Assembly (NCBI GenBank): GCA_963792415.1
Contig: CAWBVY010000006.1
Span: 736,001 to 800,000 of the forward strand
DNA from: Candidatus Deferrimicrobiaceae bacterium
GTDB taxonomy: Bacteria > Desulfobacterota > Deferrimicrobia > Deferrimicrobiales > Deferrimicrobiaceae
Direction: 5' to 3'
DNA length: 64,000 bases
Shown here: piece by piece, positions 26,670-37,179 of the stretch
How the letters are laid out: every line of letters starts with the position of its first letter
Numbering within the stretch: position 1 is the first letter of the stretch
Made by a program: the position numbers and the translations under genes
The notes under the pieces: model-generated
The model's input: the letters and a program-made list of their open reading frames with translations, nothing else
Database searches by the model: none
What the model was told of the DNA's origin: nothing

Positions 26670-27743
26670 ATGCAGATCAAAGTGACGCAGGCGCCGGATA
26701 ACCGCAGGAGGCAGAGGCCGAAAAGCGGCGAGAAGCTCGGGTTCGGAAACCTTTTCTCGGACCACATGTTCCTGATGGACTACACGTCGGGAAAGGGATG
26801 GGAAAACGCCCGCATCGTCCCGTACGGGCCGATCTCGCTCGACCCTTCCGCGATGGTGCTGCACTACGGGCAGGAGATCTTCGAGGGGATGAAGGCCTAC
26901 TACGCGCGGGACGGCGCCGTCTGCCTCTTCCGTCCCGACCGGAACGCGGAGCGTATGAACCGCTCGGCGGCGCGGATGTGTTTGCCGGAGATCCCGGTCG
27001 AAGACCAGTTGGCCGCCATCCGTTCCCTGGTGCGGCTCGACCGGGAGTGGATCCCGAGGGACGAGGGGGCCTCCCTGTACATCCGTCCGACGATGATCGC
27101 AACCGAGGCGGGGCTCGGCGTCCGCCCGTCGGCGGAGGTTCTCTATTTCATCATCACCGGACCGGTGGGGGCGTACTACCCCCGGGGATTCGACCCCGTC
27201 CGCATCCTCGTCGAGGAGCGGTACGTGCGCGCCGCCAAAGGGGGGGTGGGAGAGGCGAAGACGGGCGGAAATTACGCGGCGAGTCTCCTCGCGGCGAAGA
27301 ACGCGAAGGCGCTGGGTTTCGACCAGGTCCTCTGGCTCGACGCCGGGCAGCGGAACTTCGTGGAAGAGGTGGGGACGATGAACATCTTCTTCGTGCTCCG
27401 CGGCGAACTGGTCACCCCCCCGCTCTCCGGGTCGATCCTGTCCGGGGTAACACGGGACACCGTCCTCACGCTCGCGCGGGAGTGGAAGATCCCGGTGGCG
27501 GAGCGCCCCGTGGAGATCGACGAGGTCCTGAAGGGGGCCGCGGACGGAACGCTATCGGAGGCGTTCGGCTCCGGGACGGCGGCGGTCATCTCCCCGGTCG
27601 GTTCCTTCTCCTGCCGCGGGAAGGAGGTCGCCGTGAACGGGGGGAAGGCGGGAGACCTCGCCGTTCGCCTCTTCCGGGAGATCACCGGGATCCAGTACGG
27701 GGAGATCGAGGACCGCCACCGGTGGATCCACCGGGTGGAGTGA
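26670..27743 (+). CDS. ilvE: Branched-chain amino acid aminotransferase
   Basis: [33 protein letters not shown] and [10 protein letters not shown] motifs. Confidence 0.95.
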   Translation: MQIKVTQAPDNRRRQRPKSGEKLGFGNLFSDHMFLMDYTSGKGWENARIVPYGPISLDPSAMVLHYGQEIFEGMKAYYARDGAVCLFRPDRNAERMNRSAARMCLPEIPVEDQLAAIRSLVRLDREWIPRDEGASLYIRPTMIATEAGLGVRPSAEVLYFIITGPVGAYYPRGFDPVRILVEERYVRAAKGGVGEAKTGGNYAASLLAAKNAKALGFDQVLWLDAGQRNFVEEVGTMNIFFVLRGELVTPPLSGSILSGVTRDTVLTLAREWKIPVAERPVEIDEVLKGAADGTLSEAFGSGTAAVISPVGSFSCRGKEVAVNGGKAGDLAVRLFREITGIQYGEIEDRHRWIHRVE

Positions 27744-28032
27744 GGGGGGCCTGCAAACCGAGTGCGGCCATCAAGGCCTCGCGGGTGACGCCGGCAACGC
27801 GGACAATCTTGCTCCGACCCCTCTCCCCCGTGACCAGCGTGATGCGGCTCCTGGGAACCCCCACGGCCTTCGCGAGGAAGCGGACGAGGGCGTCGTTGGC
27901 CTTCCCCTCGACCGGGGGGGCGTTGAGTCGGATCCGCACGACGCCGCCCTCGAACCCCGCGACCCCCTCCTTCGAGGAGCGCGGTACCACGCGGACCGAC
28001 ACGGTGGCGGAGGGGTCGTCCGCGAGGCTCAC
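27682..28032 (-). CDS. DUF167/YggU family protein
   Basis: VRVVPRSS, APPVEGKAN and GERGRSK motifs. Confidence 0.88.
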   Translation of the reverse strand: MSLADDPSATVSVRVVPRSSKEGVAGFEGGVVRIRLNAPPVEGKANDALVRFLAKAVGVPRSRITLVTGERGRSKIVRVAGVTREALMAALGLQAPLTPPGGSTGGGPRSPRTGSR

Positions 28033-28328
28033 GGCATCCGGAGGGCGAGGTCGACCAGCGTCCGCACGATGAACCGCTGCAGGAAGATGATGACGAGGAT
28101 CGCGACCATCGGCGCGAAGTCGATCGAGCCGGCGAACAGCGGGAGTTTCCGGCGCAGGCGGGAGAGGACCGGTTCGGTCACCGCATAGAGGCCGCGAACG
28201 ATCGGATTGTACGGATCGGGGCTGACCCACGACAGCACGGCCCGAAGGATGAACGCCCACATGTAGGCCCACAGAACATAATCGACGATGGTCGCCAGCG
28301 CCTGGAGCAGGTTCCTCGCCACGAACAT
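28029..28328 (-). CDS. yggT: YggT family membrane protein
   Basis: LSWVSPDPYNP, TEPVL and IDFAP motifs. Confidence 0.92.
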   Translation of the reverse strand: MFVARNLLQALATIVDYVLWAYMWAFILRAVLSWVSPDPYNPIVRGLYAVTEPVLSRLRRKLPLFAGSIDFAPMVAILVIIFLQRFIVRTLVDLALRMP

Positions 28329-28344
28329 TCCTTTCCTCCCCCTT

Positions 28345-29148
28345 TCAGCCCGAAAGCTCGCGGCATCGCTGCCACGCGGAAAGCACCGCGTCCATCACCG
28401 TTGCCCGGAAGGCCCCGCGCTCCAGCGCGGCCACCCCGGCGGCCGTCGTACCCCCGGGCGACATCACCATGTCCTTGAGCTCGGCGGGGTGCTTCCCCGT
28501 CTCGCGGACCATCCGCGCCGCTCCCTCGAGGGTCGAGGCCGCGAGGAGCGAGGCCTCGGCCCGCCCCATCCCGGCCCGCACCGCGCCGTCCGCCAGCGCC
28601 TCGAGGAAGAGGAACGCGTAGGCGGGGCCGGAACCGGAAAGCGCGGTCACCGCGTCGAGCAGCTCCTCGCGGGGCATCTCGGCCACCGTTCCGAAGGAGG
28701 AGAACATGGCGAGGACCTCATGCCGGGTCGCCGCGTCGACGACGGGCGGAAAGTAGATCCCGGTGCTCCCCATGCCGACCTGCGCCGGTGTGTTGGGCAT
28801 CGTCCGCACGATCTTCGCCCCTTCCCCGAGCGCCTTCTCGAAGAGGGCGATCTTCGCGCCCGCCACGATGGAGACGAACGTCTTCCCCCGCGCCGCGTCC
28901 CGGGAGATCCCGGACAGGACCGATGAAAGGACCTGCGGCTTCACGGCGACCACCACCGTGTCGCAGGAGCGCAGCAGGTCCTCGACGGAACGGGCGACGA
29001 CGACCCCGAAACGGTGGCGCAGCTCCTCACCTCGACCCGGGGCCACGTCGTACACCATCACCTGCTCCGGCGAGCGCAGTTTCGCGGAGAGCAGGCCGCG
29101 GATCACCGCCTCCCCCATGTTTCCCGCACCGAGAAATCCGAGCGCCAT
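28345..29148 (-). CDS. proC: Pyrroline-5-carboxylate reductase
   Basis: GAGNMG, RTMPNTP, SGSGPAY and SPGGTT motifs. Confidence 0.96.
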   Translation of the reverse strand: MALGFLGAGNMGEAVIRGLLSAKLRSPEQVMVYDVAPGRGEELRHRFGVVVARSVEDLLRSCDTVVVAVKPQVLSSVLSGISRDAARGKTFVSIVAGAKIALFEKALGEGAKIVRTMPNTPAQVGMGSTGIYFPPVVDAATRHEVLAMFSSFGTVAEMPREELLDAVTALSGSGPAYAFLFLEALADGAVRAGMGRAEASLLAASTLEGAARMVRETGKHPAELKDMVMSPGGTTAAGVAALERGAFRATVMDAVLSAWQRCRELSG

Positions 29149-29152
29149 GATA

Positions 29153-29875
29153 TCAGCCCCTCCCCTGCCGGCTTCCGAAGATCGCGGTCCCCACGCGGAC
29201 CATCGTCGCCCCTTCCCCGATCGCCTGTTCGAAATCGTTGGACATTCCCATGGACAACTCCCCGAGCGCGGCGCCGGGGATCTCCCGTGCCAGCGCGTCC
29301 CGCAGCTCCCGCAGCCGCGCGAAGTGAGGCCGGCTCCCCTCGGGGTCGGCGGAAAACGGCGGGATCGCCATGAAACCCTCCACCCGCACTCCGGGGAGTC
29401 CGGCGGACTCGCGGAGAATCGCGCGCAGATCGGCGGGGTCGGCTCCCGCCTTGCTCCCCTCGCCGCCGAGATTGACCTCGATCAGTACCCGTGACGTCTT
29501 TCCGGATTCCGCGGCACAACGCGAGATCTCGCGGAGCCGCCTGGCGGAATCCGCCGTCTGGATCCAGGAGAACAGGGCGACCGCCCTGCGGACCTTGTTC
29601 CCCTGCAGACGCCCGATCATGTGCCATTCGGCGCCCGGAAGCGCCGGGGTCTTCTCCTCCGCCTCCTGGACGTAATTTTCGCCGAACACCGACAACCCCG
29701 CCGCGTGCGCCTCGAGGACCCGCGCGAGCGGCTGGGTCTTCGAAACCGCGATCAGCTTCACGGAACCGGCCGGCCTCCCCGACCGTCGCACGGCGTCCGC
29801 GATCCGTTCCCGCACCCACGCCGCACGCTCCCCGAGCGGCGCACCCTCGCCCGGAGGCGATCCGGGAGGACTCAT
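29153..29875 (-). CDS. yggS: PLP homeostasis protein, YggS family
   Basis: LIAVSKT, FGENYVQE, WHMIGRLQGNK, LSMGMSND and VRVGTAIFG motifs. Confidence 0.95.
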   Translation of the reverse strand: MSPPGSPPGEGAPLGERAAWVRERIADAVRRSGRPAGSVKLIAVSKTQPLARVLEAHAAGLSVFGENYVQEAEEKTPALPGAEWHMIGRLQGNKVRRAVALFSWIQTADSARRLREISRCAAESGKTSRVLIEVNLGGEGSKAGADPADLRAILRESAGLPGVRVEGFMAIPPFSADPEGSRPHFARLRELRDALAREIPGAALGELSMGMSNDFEQAIGEGATMVRVGTAIFGSRQGRG

Positions 29876-30501
29876 CGCGCCCTGCCCGCGAAGGCGTACC
29901 AGGCCGGGCCGCTGCGCGTGACACGGATCAGCCGCGCCCGCGCGAGCATCTCCATGACGCGGGTCATCGGAAGGCCCACCACGTTCGAGAACGACCCCGC
30001 GACCCGGTCGATGAGGAGCATCCCCGCCCCCTGCGCCGCGTACGCCCCCGCCTTGTCGTCGCACTCCCCCGTGCGGGCATAGGCTGCGATCTCCGCCGCC
30101 GTGAGGGGGCGAAATCGCACCCGGGTCACCTCCGTGCCGAGATCCCGGTAGCCGCGCTCCTGGCACAGGAGGCAGATCGCCGTGTGCACCCGGTGCTCGC
30201 GGCCGGCGAGGCGGGAGAGCATCCTCCTCGCCTCCGCGCGGTCCCGTGGCTTCCCGAGGATCCGCCCGTCCGAGATCACGATCGTGTCCGCCGACAGGAC
30301 GAAGGACGACGGGTGAAGCAAAGCCACCGCCTCCCCCTTTTCGAGAGCGGCCCTGCGGACGAACCCGGAAGGAGACTCGCCGGCTCGCGGACTTTCGTCG
30401 ACCCCCGACGGGACCACGCGGAACGGAACACCGACGGCGGCGAGAAGCTCCCGACGGCGGGGTGACTCGGAGGCGAGGATCATGCGGGCCGACGGGACCA
30501 T
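29872..30501 (-). CDS. maf: Maf family nucleoside triphosphate pyrophosphatase
   Basis: ILASESPRR, ADT, GKP, DKAGAY and NVVGLP motifs. Confidence 0.94.
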   Translation of the reverse strand: MVPSARMILASESPRRRELLAAVGVPFRVVPSGVDESPRAGESPSGFVRRAALEKGEAVALLHPSSFVLSADTIVISDGRILGKPRDRAEARRMLSRLAGREHRVHTAICLLCQERGYRDLGTEVTRVRFRPLTAAEIAAYARTGECDDKAGAYAAQGAGMLLIDRVAGSFSNVVGLPMTRVMEMLARARLIRVTRSGPAWYAFAGRAR

Positions 30502-30620
30502 CGGGTTGCATTATATGGGAATCCCGCCTGTCACGGCAAACGTTCCCGCGCCTCGCTTGCCCTCCGGGGGCGCCCCGTGGTAAGAAGATAGCAACTTCAG
30601 GATCGGGGTGGAGTTCCGAC

Positions 30621-31022
30621 ATGGCGTTCAAGACGATCACCGTGAAAACCGAAAACGCGCAGCAACTGGTCGACATCACCCAGCAGGTCCGCCTCGTGGT
30701 GCGGGAGAGCGGCGTGAAAAGCGGCGTCTGCCGGGTTTTCATCCCCCATACCACGGCGGCGGTCACCATCAACGAGAACGCCGACCCGAACGTCCGGCGG
30801 GACATCCTGGACCGCCTCGAACAGGTCGCCCCTTCCGACGGGACGTACCACCACACCGAGGGGAATTCCCACGCCCACATCAAGTCCAGCCTCTTGGGAT
30901 CGAGCGTTTCCGTGTTCGTCGAGGCCGGCCAGCTGGTGCTCGGGACCTGGCAGTCGGTCTTCCTGTGCGACTTCGACGGTCCCCGCACCCGGAACGTGAT
31001 GGTGCGGATCACGGCGGGGTGA
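30621..31022 (+). CDS. yjbQ: YjbQ/UPF0047 family protein
   Basis: PHTTAAVTINENADP, NSHAHIK and LGTWQSVFLCDFDGPR motifs. Confidence 0.92.
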   Translation: MAFKTITVKTENAQQLVDITQQVRLVVRESGVKSGVCRVFIPHTTAAVTINENADPNVRRDILDRLEQVAPSDGTYHHTEGNSHAHIKSSLLGSSVSVFVEAGQLVLGTWQSVFLCDFDGPRTRNVMVRITAG

Positions 31023-31029
31023 CGACCCG

Positions 31030-32754
31030 CTACCGGAAGAAGGCTTCGTAGCGGGCGCGCAGCGCGTTTCTTCTCAGGCCCCCGTCGATCACCCCCCAGG
31101 GGAAAAACTCCCCGCCGCCTTTCTCCCGGAAGACGACAGACGACAGCGCCCCGGCCAACCCGGGCGCGGAGCGCAGGAGCTTTCCGGGAGGTGCCGTCCG
31201 AAGGCTCGCGGACACCCGGCGGTCCGAGAGCCCGAGGTACCCCTGCACGACCGCGTCCCACGGGGTCGAAGCGGAGACCCGGACGTTGGGGACCGCTCGT
31301 ACGATGGCACTCACGCCCTTCCCTCGCGACTTCAGCTCCTCCTCCGGGATCATCGAAGCCCATTGCAGCGGAGTGAACGGCTTGGGAACGAAGGGAGAGA
31401 GCACCGCCGTCACGACGCCCATCCGGCCGACCCCGCGCGCGACCTCGAGAACGCGCTCCCGGAAGGTCCCGAGGAACCGCGCGATCCCCCCGACCTCCTC
31501 CTCCCAAAGCGCCCCGGGAAGGCCAAGCAGGAAATACAGCTTGAACGAGACGATTCCCGAACGGGCCAGGACCTCCGCGGCGGCGAAGAACACCTCGTCC
31601 GGCACCCGCTTCCCGACGCGCGCGCGCAGCCGGGCATCGCCGCATTCCGGCGCCAGCGCCACCGTGCGGTGTCCGCTCCGTGCGAGGATCTCCGCGATTT
31701 CCTCGTCGACGAGGTCCGCGCGGACGGAGGCCGGCGAAACCGTCCCGCCGCGCTCGAGGATCTCACGCGCCAGCTCCCGGAACGGACGCCAGTCGAGGAC
31801 CGCGGCGCCGATGAGACCCACCTTTCTGCGGTGCGGCCACGCCGCGTCGACGGCCGCGCGCACGCGGTCGATGGGAAACTCCCGGAAGGAGGGGCAGGCG
31901 TGGGCCGCTGCGCAGAACCCGCACATCCCCGGGCAGCCGCGGGAAGTCTCGACGAGGGACATTCTGCCCAACTCCGTCTCCTCCGACAGGATGACGGGCG
32001 GAGCCGGAGACAGGGAGCGAAGATCGAGGACCTCGCGCGCGACGCGGGCGGGGAACCCCGGGAACGGTTCGATCGCCCGAAGCACGGGAAGCCGGCCGGA
32101 GGTCCGCTCCGCCGGGGACGACTCCCCGTATTCCGGCCGATATCCCCCGGGGACATACACGCCCGGAATCGCGGAGAGTTCCCTTCGGTATCCGGAATCC
32201 CCCGCAGGCCCGGGTCCATGGTCCAGGAGGAGGTCCACCGCGCGCTCCCCGTCGCCCACGACCACGGCATCGGCGAAGACCCCGACCGGCTCCGGATTGA
32301 GCGACGCGGCGAACCCGCCGGCGACAACGAGGGGGTACCGGGCGCCGGAGGCGGCACGATCCTCCCGGAATGGGGGAATCCCGCCCGCGGCGAGGATCGC
32401 GGGGACGTTCAGAAGATCGTTCTCGTAGGAGAGGGAGATCGCGACGACGTCGAACGAGGAAAGGGGACGCCCGCTCTCGAGCGTCCTCCCCTCGGTGGGC
32501 GAATTTACGGAACCGGCCCCCGAGCCCCGCGGCGGGGCACGCCGACGCCCGTCCCCCGACAGGAAGACCCGCTCGCAAAGGGCGTCCGGACGCGCGTTGA
32601 TCCGGGCGTAGATCAGGAGGAACCCGAGGTTCGACATCCCCGCCGCGTACCGGTTGGGGTAGACGAGCGCGACGCGGATTCCGACTCCCCAATCCTTGCG
32701 CGCGGCGAAGATCTCTTTTTCGGGCGCGGAACCCCCGCGGTGCGGCCTTCCCAC
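31030..32754 (-). CDS. Radical SAM protein with B12-binding-like N-terminal domain
   Basis: YPNRYAAGMSNLG, ETSRGCPGMCGFC (CxxxCxxC), KLYFLLGLP and FVPKPFTP. Start tentatively GTG 32754. Confidence 0.88.
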   Translation of the reverse strand: MGRPHRGGSAPEKEIFAARKDWGVGIRVALVYPNRYAAGMSNLGFLLIYARINARPDALCERVFLSGDGRRRAPPRGSGAGSVNSPTEGRTLESGRPLSSFDVVAISLSYENDLLNVPAILAAGGIPPFREDRAASGARYPLVVAGGFAASLNPEPVGVFADAVVVGDGERAVDLLLDHGPGPAGDSGYRRELSAIPGVYVPGGYRPEYGESSPAERTSGRLPVLRAIEPFPGFPARVAREVLDLRSLSPAPPVILSEETELGRMSLVETSRGCPGMCGFCAAAHACPSFREFPIDRVRAAVDAAWPHRRKVGLIGAAVLDWRPFRELAREILERGGTVSPASVRADLVDEEIAEILARSGHRTVALAPECGDARLRARVGKRVPDEVFFAAAEVLARSGIVSFKLYFLLGLPGALWEEEVGGIARFLGTFRERVLEVARGVGRMGVVTAVLSPFVPKPFTPLQWASMIPEEELKSRGKGVSAIVRAVPNVRVSASTPWDAVVQGYLGLSDRRVSASLRTAPPGKLLRSAPGLAGALSSVVFREKGGGEFFPWGVIDGGLRRNALRARYEAFFR

Positions 32755-32760
32755 GGCTAA

Positions 32761-32924
32761 GTGTTGCGCTTCATGGATACGGTGTCGCACCGAGAGGGTC
32801 GATGCGCCGCATCCGGCAAGGCGTCGTGACCGAGGCGTACTTGACAAGTACGGTGAGGGAGCGCAACGCAGCCGGGGCGGATGCAGCGGCACTCGAATGC
32901 AACCGTATCCATGAAACGCAGCAC
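32761..32924. repeat. Palindromic MITE/REP-like element, copy 2 (164 bp)
   Basis: 23-bp terminal inverted repeat with 2 mismatches (GTGTTGCGCTTCATGGATACGGT...ACCGTATCCATGAAACGCAGCAC), flanked by TAA on both sides. Core homologous to 12065-12226. Confidence 0.85.
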
Positions 32925-32938
32925 TAAAGTTCCGACGG

Positions 32939-34141
32939 CTACTCCACCCGCCGACGAAGGAACGTCGGAATCTCGAACTCGTCGAGCGACTCGATCTCCG
33001 CCTCCTTGTCGATCAGGGGAAGGTCCTCCAGGCGCTCCTCGAGCGTCTTCGGCGCGGCGGCCCGCAGGAACGCGGGGGTCTGCAGATCGTCGGCCCGGCT
33101 TACAAGCTTGATCCCCTTCCGCGGATTCCTCCACGCCCCCTCCGCGATGCCCGGCTCGAATCCTGTCGCGACCACCGTGACCTTCAGTTCGTCCCCCATC
33201 GTTTCGTCGACCACCGTACCGAAGATGATGTTCGCCTCGTCGGAAGCCTCCTCGCGGACCAGGCTCGCCGCGTCGTTCACCTCGCTCAGGGACAGGGACG
33301 TCCCGGCCGTGATGTTGATGAGGACACCCCGGGCTCCGCGGATCGAGACGTCCTCGAGGAGCGGGCTCGAGATCGCCTTCTCCGCAGCGGCGACCGCCCG
33401 GTTCTGGCCGGACGCCGCTCCCGTCCCCATCAACGCCACGCCCATCCCCGACATGATCGTCTTCACGTCGGCGAAATCGAGGTTGATGTAGCCGGGCCTC
33501 GTGACCAGCTCGGAGATCCCCCGGACCGCCTGGAAAAGAACGTCGTCCACCTTCCGGAACGCCTCGACGAAGCGCATGTCCTTCCCGGCGATCAGGAGCA
33601 GCTTCTCGTTCGGGATGATGATGATCGTGTCCACGAGGCTCCGAAGCTCCTTCGTGCCGCCGTCCGCCTGCCGTTTCCTGGTGAGTCCCTCGAAGGGGAA
33701 CGGCCGCGTCACGACCGCCACCGTGAGCGCCCCGACCTCCCTCGCCACCTCGGCGACCACCGGCCCCGCGCCGGTCCCCGTCCCGCCGCCGAGGCCCGCC
33801 GTGATGAATACCATGTCCGCGCCGGTGAGGGCCTCCCGGATCAGGTCCCGGTCCTCGAGGGCGGCCTGACGGCCGATGTCGGGATTGGCGCCCGCGCCGA
33901 GCCCCTTCGTCAGCCGGGCCCCCAGTTGGAGCTTGAGAGGCGCCAGGCTCCGCGACAGCGCCTGGGCGTCGGTGTTCGCGGTGATGAACTCCACGCCCTG
34001 CAACCCTTCCTCGATCATGGTGTTGATGGCGTTCCCGCCGCCGCCGCCCACGCCGAACACCTTGATGACGGCGTGACAGCGGTTCTCCTCGACGATCGTG
34101 AACATCCGGTTCCCCCTTGCCTCCTTCTCAGTTCTGGCCAT
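32939..34141 (-). CDS. ftsZ: Cell division protein FtsZ
   Basis: [24 protein letters not shown] and C-terminal IPTFLRR. Confidence 0.98.
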   Translation of the reverse strand: MARTEKEARGNRMFTIVEENRCHAVIKVFGVGGGGGNAINTMIEEGLQGVEFITANTDAQALSRSLAPLKLQLGARLTKGLGAGANPDIGRQAALEDRDLIREALTGADMVFITAGLGGGTGTGAGPVVAEVAREVGALTVAVVTRPFPFEGLTRKRQADGGTKELRSLVDTIIIIPNEKLLLIAGKDMRFVEAFRKVDDVLFQAVRGISELVTRPGYINLDFADVKTIMSGMGVALMGTGAASGQNRAVAAAEKAISSPLLEDVSIRGARGVLINITAGTSLSLSEVNDAASLVREEASDEANIIFGTVVDETMGDELKVTVVATGFEPGIAEGAWRNPRKGIKLVSRADDLQTPAFLRAAAPKTLEERLEDLPLIDKEAEIESLDEFEIPTFLRRRVE

Positions 34142-34170
34142 CCGATCCTCCTTTATCCCGGGATTCCGTA

Positions 34171-35403
34171 TTAGAAAAATTCCGACAGGTACTGCTTCAA
34201 CCGGTCGATCACCCTGCCGCCCACCGGGGCCTCCGCCGACCGATAGACCCTTTCCGACGCGCCCGCGCCGTACTGGACCAACCCGACCGATGTGGCGAAC
34301 GCGGGTCCGTTCACGACTTCGACCAACCCTCCGATCCCGATCGGGTTCCCCCTCCGGAACGGGAGCTTGAACACCCGCTCCCCGAGGTCGGTGAGACCCT
34401 CCAGCCTCGACCCGCCGCCGGTGAGCACCACTCCTGCCCCGAGGTTTTCCTCGTAGCCGGACCGGAGAATCTCCTTCCTCAGAAGGGTGAAGATCTCTTC
34501 CGCCCGCGGCTCGATGATCTCGCTGAGGTACTGCCGGCGGATCGGACGGGGAAGCCGCCCGCCCACTCCCGGCAACTCCACCAGTTCGTCCCGGCGCACC
34601 TTCTGGATCATCGCGCATCCCGAGGAGATCTTCAGGATCTCCGCGTCCGAATGGGGAAGCTTCAGCCCGATCGCGATGTCGGAGGTGATGCTGCTCCCTC
34701 CGAGGGGCAGGACGTACGTGTGCCGGAGGGAACCGTTGAAGAAGATCACGATCTCCACGGTCCCGCCGCCGAAGTCCATCAACGCCACGCCGACCTCGCG
34801 CTCCTCCGGGGTGAGCACCGCCTCCGCCGACGCCAGGGGGGAGAGAACGAAGCTTTCCACCTCGAGGCCCGCCTTCTCCACGCACCGGGCCAGGTTTCGC
34901 GCCCCCGGGACGTCGTTGGTCACGACGTGCACGCGCGCATCGAGACGGATGCCGGTCATTCCCCGGGGGTCCTTGATCCCGGCCATGTCGTCGACGATGA
35001 ACTCCTGCGTGAGGACGTGGAGGATCTCCCGGTCGTTGGGGAGCTCCACCGTGCGGGCGATCTCGAGGACCCGCGTGAAGTCGGCGTCGGTGACCTCATG
35101 CTCGTTCTTCACCGAGATGGCCGCGTGGCTGTTGAACGACTTGATGAGCGGTCCGGAGATCCCGACAAAGACCGATTCCACGGTCAGCCCGGTCATCCGC
35201 TCCGCCTCCGTGACGCTCTGCCGGATCGACTTCACCGTGGCGTCGACGTTCACCACGGCCCCCTTCCGCATCCCCTCCGTGGGGCACTCCCCCATCCCGA
35301 GGATCTCCACGCCGTCCGGCGTCTTTCTTCCGAGGACCGTGGTCACCTGGCTCGACCCGACGTCCAAACCCGCGATCACCTGGTCATTCATTTTCGTGTC
35401 CAT
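34171..35403 (-). CDS. ftsA: Cell division protein FtsA
   Basis: GLDVGSS, DFGGGT and VVLTGGG motifs; dcw context. Confidence 0.97.
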   Translation of the reverse strand: MDTKMNDQVIAGLDVGSSQVTTVLGRKTPDGVEILGMGECPTEGMRKGAVVNVDATVKSIRQSVTEAERMTGLTVESVFVGISGPLIKSFNSHAAISVKNEHEVTDADFTRVLEIARTVELPNDREILHVLTQEFIVDDMAGIKDPRGMTGIRLDARVHVVTNDVPGARNLARCVEKAGLEVESFVLSPLASAEAVLTPEEREVGVALMDFGGGTVEIVIFFNGSLRHTYVLPLGGSSITSDIAIGLKLPHSDAEILKISSGCAMIQKVRRDELVELPGVGGRLPRPIRRQYLSEIIEPRAEEIFTLLRKEILRSGYEENLGAGVVLTGGGSRLEGLTDLGERVFKLPFRRGNPIGIGGLVEVVNGPAFATSVGLVQYGAGASERVYRSAEAPVGGRVIDRLKQYLSEFF

Positions 35404-36249
35404 TCACTCCCCCGGCCGCATGAAGACGCGGCCCTCTGTCTTGAGATCGGCGATCCCGGAAGACCGTGGCATCCCCGAAATCCTGGGCATGGCCGTCTCG
35501 ATCCGGCGAATCGCCTCCTTGACGTCCATCGTTCCGACCTTTAACTGCAACCCGGTGTCCCGGGTCACCACCGTGTAGCCGTCCTGTGCGTCGAAATGGA
35601 CCTCGGACACGTTCTGGCGAAGCGAGCCCGCCTCGACGCCCCGCAGAAGGTCGAGCGTCTTCTGGAGATTCCGCGCCGTGACCGGGTCCTTCCGGAGGAG
35701 TTCCTCCCGCGAAAATCCCGTGACGATGGCGAGGTTCTTCGGGTCGTACGCGGTCAACCGCTTGAACGGGCGACCCTCCTCGTCAAGGTAGTGGAGGGCG
35801 TCCAGATTCACCATGGCGACCGGCGTGCGCTCCTGGATCCGCACCACCAGGCGGTCCGGAAAGGACTTTCTGACCGAGACGGAGCGGACCCATGGGTGCC
35901 CGGACAGGCGCCGCGCGATCTCTTTCGACGGAACGGACCAGAGGATGCCCGACCCGTCCCCGCGGACAATCGCCCACACCTCCTCGAGAGAGACGTTCGC
36001 GCAACGGTTCATGTCGACCGTGCGCACCGTGAAGAGCGGCGACCGCGTGAGCCACGAGCAGGCGGAGGCGAACGCCACTCCGGTGAACCCTACGGCGAGC
36101 AGGCCGGCGCCGATCCACAGGATCAGGCGCAGGCGTCTCCGCGACGTCTTCGTCTCCCCGCCCCGGGCCTTGTCCTTCTTCCGCACGGCCCGCCCGGCGC
36201 CCCCCAGCTTTCCGCGGCGGGTCTTGTGGTATGCGCGGTACTCGATCAT
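35404..36249 (-). CDS. ftsQ: Cell division protein FtsQ/DivIB
   Basis: Basic N-terminus, TM segment and POTRA domain (HPWVRSVSVRKSFPDRLVVRIQER). Confidence 0.9.
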   Translation of the reverse strand: MIEYRAYHKTRRGKLGGAGRAVRKKDKARGGETKTSRRRLRLILWIGAGLLAVGFTGVAFASACSWLTRSPLFTVRTVDMNRCANVSLEEVWAIVRGDGSGILWSVPSKEIARRLSGHPWVRSVSVRKSFPDRLVVRIQERTPVAMVNLDALHYLDEEGRPFKRLTAYDPKNLAIVTGFSREELLRKDPVTARNLQKTLDLLRGVEAGSLRQNVSEVHFDAQDGYTVVTRDTGLQLKVGTMDVKEAIRRIETAMPRISGMPRSSGIADLKTEGRVFMRPGE

Positions 36250-37179
36250 CTATTTTCCGAGCCCCGCGTCGGAAAGGATGGCGGCAACGAGATCGTCGAA
36301 CGACAGACCGTCGAACTTCGCCGCCTTGGGGAGGAGGCTCGTCTCGGTCATGCCCGGGATCGTATTCGCCTCGAGGAAGAAGACGTTCCCCGCCGGATCC
36401 ACGCGATAATCGAGCCGCGCCGCCCCCCGCAGCCCCATCGCCGCGGCGGCGCGCCGCGTGTACTCTGCGGCACGGAGGAGGATGTCCCGGTCCATCGGAA
36501 CCGGGATCACATACTCCGTCCGCCCCGCGGTGTACTTGGACTGGTAGTCGTAGAAGCCGGACTTCGGAACGATCTCGATCGCGGGGAGGACCTTCCCGTT
36601 CAGGATCCCGACGGTGATCTCCCGTCCGGGGATGAATCCCTCCGCCAGCACGCGGCTGTCGTGCTTCGCCGCCTCGGCAAGCGCCGCATCCCACTGGTCC
36701 GGGCCGCGGACGATCGTGATGCCGACGGTGGACCCTTCCCGGTCGGGCTTCACCACGAGAGGGAAGCCGAAACCGGGCGGTTTCGCCCCCGGGCGATCCG
36801 CCCCCTCGTAGACCTCATCGGGCGGGCACGGCACGCCCGCCGAAGCGGCGACCCGCTTCCCGAGGACCTTGCTCATCGCGACGGCCGAGGCGGCGACCCC
36901 GGACCCCGTGTACGGAAGCCGGGCGAGTTCGCACGCGGCCTGGATGCAGCCGTCCTCCCCGAACCTCCCGTGAAGGGCGAGGAACGCGGCGTCGACCCCC
37001 GCGCCCCGGACCGCCCCCAGCCAGTCCTCCCGGATGTCGATCTCGCGGACGTCGCACCCGAGTCTCCGAAGCGCCGCGGCGGCCGCCGCCCCCGTCCGGA
37101 GGGAGACCTCCCGCTCGGCGGAAACCCCGCCCAGGAACACGCCCACTTTCCTCCCTGAGAATGCGAACCGTTCAGTCAT
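36250..37179 (-). CDS. ddl: D-alanine-D-alanine ligase
   Basis: GGVSAEREVS, LHGRFGEDG, YDYQSKY and EANTIPGMT motifs. Confidence 0.96.
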   Translation of the reverse strand: MTERFAFSGRKVGVFLGGVSAEREVSLRTGAAAAAALRRLGCDVREIDIREDWLGAVRGAGVDAAFLALHGRFGEDGCIQAACELARLPYTGSGVAASAVAMSKVLGKRVAASAGVPCPPDEVYEGADRPGAKPPGFGFPLVVKPDREGSTVGITIVRGPDQWDAALAEAAKHDSRVLAEGFIPGREITVGILNGKVLPAIEIVPKSGFYDYQSKYTAGRTEYVIPVPMDRDILLRAAEYTRRAAAAMGLRGAARLDYRVDPAGNVFFLEANTIPGMTETSLLPKAAKFDGLSFDDLVAAILSDAGLGK

